DNA from: Phyllobates terribilis
Lineage: Eukaryota
Reading direction: 5' to 3'
DNA: 64,000 nt
NCBI RefSeq assembly: GCF_046119375.1
Contig: NW_027362762.1
Coordinates: forward strand, 779,092,001 to 779,156,000
Of the stretch, positions 59,287 through 64,000 are shown piece after piece. The translations under genes were made by a program, and so were the position numbers. Positions within the stretch are counted from its first letter, which is position 1. Each line of letters begins with the position of its first letter. The notes beneath the pieces are model-generated. The model saw only the letters and a list, made by a program, of their open reading frames with translations. It had not been told where the DNA came from and made no database searches.

Positions 59287-62200
59287 GATCACCAGGCCCT
59301 TATAATTGGCGTGATAAGTACGTTGGGGGGCGCCCGGTTTTACCCGTGGTGCTGGATGGCATCTCCATGAGCGCCTTGCTGGATACCGGGTCGCAAGTAA
59401 CTACTATCCCTTATGTACTTTTTAAGCAGTATTGGACTGATGCTGATATAACACGGTATCCGGACAGTGACTTGAGCATCATCGCCAGTAATGGCTTGCC
59501 CGTGCCGCAACTGGGGTTCAAGGAGATGACCATTAAAATTGGTAAAGTTGAACTACCGGCACAGGGAGTGATTATTGTGGACATTGACCGTCGTGAAAGT
59601 CACCCTAAAATAACTGTGGGTACTAACGTGATTGAAAACTGTCTTTCAGAGGTAATTGTAATTCTACAACAGGTGGCGGTGAATGCTAGTTCCAGCCAAC
59701 AGAGAGTCCTCAACAAGGAGATAAAAGCCCTGATGAGACGGCAGCAGGTAGAACTGTCTGGTGGTGAGATCGGTAGCGTAAGACTGAGTGACCCATTCCC
59801 CATTTCCATGCCTCCCAAAAGTGAAATGATGATCTGGTGTCGGACTGCAATCGGGTTGAGAGGTAGAGACTACCAAGCCATGGTAGAACCCGTGTACTCA
59901 GACAGCAGGCCCACCATTTTGACAGCCCGGGGGGTGGTTGATGTCCGTCATGGGAGGGTGCCCGTTCGCATTCTCAACATTGGGGAGAGGGAGGTACACT
60001 TACCCAGGTACGCTACACTTGCCAAACTGTTTGCTGTCGAACACAAAGCTATCAGGGCCGTGGAGCCTTTGCCTCCATCTCCACTGGCGGAGGGTAATGG
60101 CTCCCAGAAACAAAAGGAGGACTGGTGCCAGAAACTCCATGTGGGTGCTGACTCCACTCCCCTGTACCAAAAACAAGGAGTCTACCGGGTGGTCCAGGTG
60201 TACGAGAGAATTTTTAGTAAGCACCCGCTAGACTTCGGCAGATTAAAAGGGATAGAACACCATATCCCCACGGGGAGCCACCCACCAATAAAAGAGAGAC
60301 ACAGACCTGTACCCCCTGCACATTATCAGAACGCAGAGGGCATGCTAAGAGAAATGAAAGAAGTTGGGGTCATTAGAGATAGCTGTAGCCCCTGGGCAGC
60401 CCCCCTGGTTCTGGTAAAAAATAAAGACGGCACCATGAGAGTGTGCGTGGACTATAGACAAATCAACCGTATCACCCATAAAGACGTATACCCGCTGCCT
60501 AGAATAGAGGAGTCTTTAGCCGCACTAAAATCAGCTAACTTCTTTTCTACTTTGGACCTTACTAGTGGGTACTGGCAGGTTCCTGTGGCAGAGGCTGACA
60601 AGGAGAAGACCGCCATCACTTTTTCTATAGTGCCATTGCAGTAATTTCTGTCACTCCAAACCATTTTAGCTGATATTTTCTATGTTATATATCTATTATA
60701 TTAAATAAAATTTGTTACCTTCTTATAAACTGATCCCACAGTTTGTCTTAATTCCCGCTTGCCTTTGATCATATACTATTTGTTATACCATTGGGTTGGC
60801 GACATTGATCTGGGAATGTTTTGTTTTTTGGTTTCTCACTTAATTTGGAACTGTTTTCACTTTTTAGTGATACTTTTATAGGTTTATATGCCTAGAATAG
60901 AGGAGTCTTTAGCCGCACTAAAATCAGCTAACTTCTTTTCTACTTTGGACCTTACTAGTGGGTACTGGCAGGTTCCTGTGGCAGAGGCTGACAAGGAGAA
61001 GACCGCCTTCACCACCCCGATGGGACTGAGCGAGTTCAACTGTATGCCCTTCGGGCTCTGCAACGCACCAGGGACCTTCCAGAGGCTGATGGAATGCTGT
61101 CTACGGCACCGAAACTTCGAGATGGTCCTCCTTTACCTGGACGACGTGATCGTCTATTCGAAGACTTACGAGGACCATCTAAAGCACCTGGCCGAGGTGT
61201 TCGAAGCCCTGGCAGGCTATGGCCTGAAGGTGAAACCATCAAAGTGTCACCTGTTGAAACCGAAAGTCCAGTACCTAGGGCACGTGGTAAGTGCAGAAGG
61301 AGTAGCCCCCGACCCTGACAAGGTCACGGTAATCAGGAGCTGGCCAAGCCCCTCGAACATCAAAGAAGTGAGGCAGTTCCTCGGGTTGGTAGGCTACTAC
61401 CGAAGGTTCATCTCCGGGTTCACTAAGATGGCAGCTCCTATGCATGACCTGCTGATAGGACAGTCTAAGTCCAGATGCCAAAAGCCACCCTTCAAGTGGG
61501 ATAAACCGGAATAGGAGTCCTTCCGCCAGTTGAAGATGGCCCTCACAGGGGATGAGATCCTGGCCTACCCTGATTATGGCCAGCCTTTTATTCTCCACAC
61601 AGACGCCAGTAATGTGGGACTGGGAGCCGTACTGTCACAAAACCAACAGGGCAGAGAAAGGGTGATCGCGTACGCCAGCCGGAAGCTGAGGCCCACCGAG
61701 AGGAACCCGGAGAATTACAGCTCCTTCAAGTTAGAATTCTTGGCGGTGGTGTGGGCCGTAACGGAACGCTTCAAGCATTACCTGGCCTCCGCAAAGTTCA
61801 CTGTGTACACGGACAACAACCCGTTAACACACCTAGACAGTGCAAGACTTGGTGCCCTGGAACAGTGGTGGATAGCCCGTCTCTCCAATTATGACTTCGT
61901 GATCAAGCACCGGGCAGGCAAAACCAATGCCAACGCTGACGCCCTGTTGAGAATGCCTCACTTACCTGAAGGTGACGAAGACCCAGAAGAGCTGGAGGAG
62001 GTAGGACTCCCCGCGTTTCACCGGTATGGGGCCGCTCAATACTCCCACCGCGTGAAGGAGGAAGATTTAACAACCGTTATGATCAATCCCCTACCTCACC
62101 ACAGCTGGGCTGAGATCCAAGATAGTGACCCTGCAATCCGCCTGGTGAAAGATCTGCTGACCCAGGAAGACGCCCGCTTAGATCCGGATGCTCCAGAGGA

Positions 62201-63803
62201 AGCCAAGCAGCTATGGAAAGAGAAGAGCAAGCTGTTCCTCTATGAAGGCAAGCTGTGCAGAAGACTTGTCAACCACCGGACACATGAGCTGATCTGGCAA
62301 GTCGTGGTCCCAAGGCGGGATGCAGCTATGGTCCTGGGGGCTTACCATGACAGAGCGGGGCACTTCGGTTGGAAGAAACTGGAGTTCCTGCTAAGAGGAC
62401 GGTTCTTTTGGGTCGGCATGAGAGGGGCTGTAGAGAAGTGGTGCAGGGACTGTGGCCCTTGTAACTTAAGGAGAAAAGACCGCACCAGCCAGAAGACACC
62501 CTTGAAGCCCATTGTCACCCAGCAGCCTCTTGAGCTGGTAGCTCTGGACCACGCCAAATTGGCTCCAAGCCGGTCAGGATACGTCTACGCCCTGACAATC
62601 GTGGACCACTATTCCCGTTTTCTAGTGGTGGTCCCGGTAAAAGACTTGACAGCCCAAACGGCGGCCAGAGCCTTCCAGCTATACTTCTGCCGTCCACACG
62701 GGTATCCGGAACAGGTCCTGACGGACCAGGGTCCAGCGTTTGAAGCTGAAATCTTCCAAGAGTTCTGCAACCTCTATGGCTGTAAGAAGATTCGTACAGC
62801 GCCTTACCACCCACAAACCAATGGGATGTGTGAGAAAATGAACAATATAGTCATTGATCTCCTGAAGACGTTGCCCCTGGAGGAACGCAGCCTGTGGCCA
62901 GAAAAACTGCCGGACCTAATAGACTTATACAACCATATCCCGGTGAATGTTACAAACTGCACCCCGGCTTACCTGATGCGAGCCAGACCAGGTAAGCTGC
63001 CCATGGACGTGGAGATGGGAGTCCTAACACCTGAGGACACCTCCCCGGATGCGGACTGGGATACGGAAAGGCGACTGCAGTACAAGAAGGTACAGGAGAG
63101 TGTGGAGAAGAGCCTGGCCCAGGTGAGAGAAAGGCAAGAAAGACTCTTCAACCAACACGCCCCAGTTGGTCCCCTAGAACCTGGTGAGCAGGTCCTGATG
63201 CGAACGAGAAGGCTACATAAGTTGGACGACCAGTGGGAAAGGGAACCCTACACCGTACTGCAGTCTGATCACGACAACTCGAAGGTGTGCGTGATCACCA
63301 AGGATGGAGGAGAAACCACTAGTACCGTCTCCAGAGACCACCTAAAAAGGTGCCCCGAGCAACTCCGTAGTGCAGAAGAGGATCAAAGTGACCTTGAACC
63401 CGCAGAGGACAAGGAAGAAATGATCAGCACCGTTCTCGGAGAGTTCCCTCAGTCCTGGACTCGAATAAACGATGCCATAGTGGTACCTGTCCTGCATTTC
63501 CTGCAACCGACTCAGCAACAACCTGCACCAGAGCCGGAAGGTGAAGAAGAGCAAGCAGTTCCAGAGGCAGAAGAGCCGGTACCAGCAGCCCAGGAGAATC
63601 AACCCTCTGCTGACAGTGAGCCTGCCATGCCTGCGGTAAGCCAGAGGACCCGCAGACAGCTGCCTGCCTTGCCTGTAAGTCTAGCCAGTGACTGTACCCT
63701 AAATGGTAGTGAAGAAAACCAGGTCGGTCCACCACCAGACAGTGGGTTACGCAGGTCGACCAGGAGCACAAAGGGGCAGATACCCGCTTGCTGGAGAATA
63801 TAG
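59241..63803 (+). pseudogene. Pol (PR, RT, RNase H, integrase) in the -1 frame relative to gag; interrupted at 60620-60888, stop at 61512
   Basis: LLDTGSQV; TLDLTSGYW..YLDDVIVYS; LHTDASNVGLGAVL..KLEFLAVVW; HDRAGHFG..CRDC; ALDH..LTDQG..NGMCEKMN. Confidence 0.95.
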
Positions 63804-64000
63804 GGTGCACTAAAACTGTAAATAACCCTGTTGCCAAGTGTTGAAATGTTTGCAAAGTTACATGCATGATTAGTAATTGTGTATTTCAGTTTCTTACAGT
63901 TGCCGTACGGACTCAAAGGTTATGAACTTTTAATAACCGGGACTTTGTATGGACTGCGTTCGGAGCCTAACCAAGGAATGAACTAAGACTGTAAAGGACT

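Larger units (their letters stand above)
57028..64000 (+). mobile_element. Ty3/Gypsy LTR retrotransposon; 5' LTR (57028-57873) lacks its first ~170 bp; 3' LTR beyond the window
   Basis: LTR colinear with 29859-30723; tRNA PBS; gag and pol ORFs. Confidence 0.95.

Overview
Repeat-dense vertebrate genomic DNA, most likely from a frog. That assignment is an inference from the repeat repertoire: T2-type TTAA MITEs, a V-SINE-type SINE, CR1, Tc1 elements and sushi-type gypsy. It contains one 211-nt assembly gap. I recognise no host protein-coding gene, and almost every long ORF belongs to a transposable element. Main contents: (1) three Ty3/Gypsy LTR retrotransposons, namely a degenerate pol at 1-3140, a complete young chromovirus at 30728-35705 and a large tRNA-Ser-primed element from 57028 past the window end, plus several solo LTRs; (2) two inverted copies of a ~1100-aa hAT (BED-finger) transposase element; (3) a 5.9-kb non-coding hAT-ended foldback element with a perfect 8-bp TSD, built as nested palindromes; (4) a stack of four Tc1/mariner elements, including a DD41D (rosa/Visitor-type) transposase; (5) CR1, SINE, MITEs and satellites. 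The most notable observations are the three-armed palindromic hAT element, a self-priming (tRNA-independent) PBS in the chromovirus, two LTR insertions with overlapping TSDs, a 124-bp target duplication around a recent insert in RT, a slippery site plus predicted pseudoknot, and a phased YY1-motif array.
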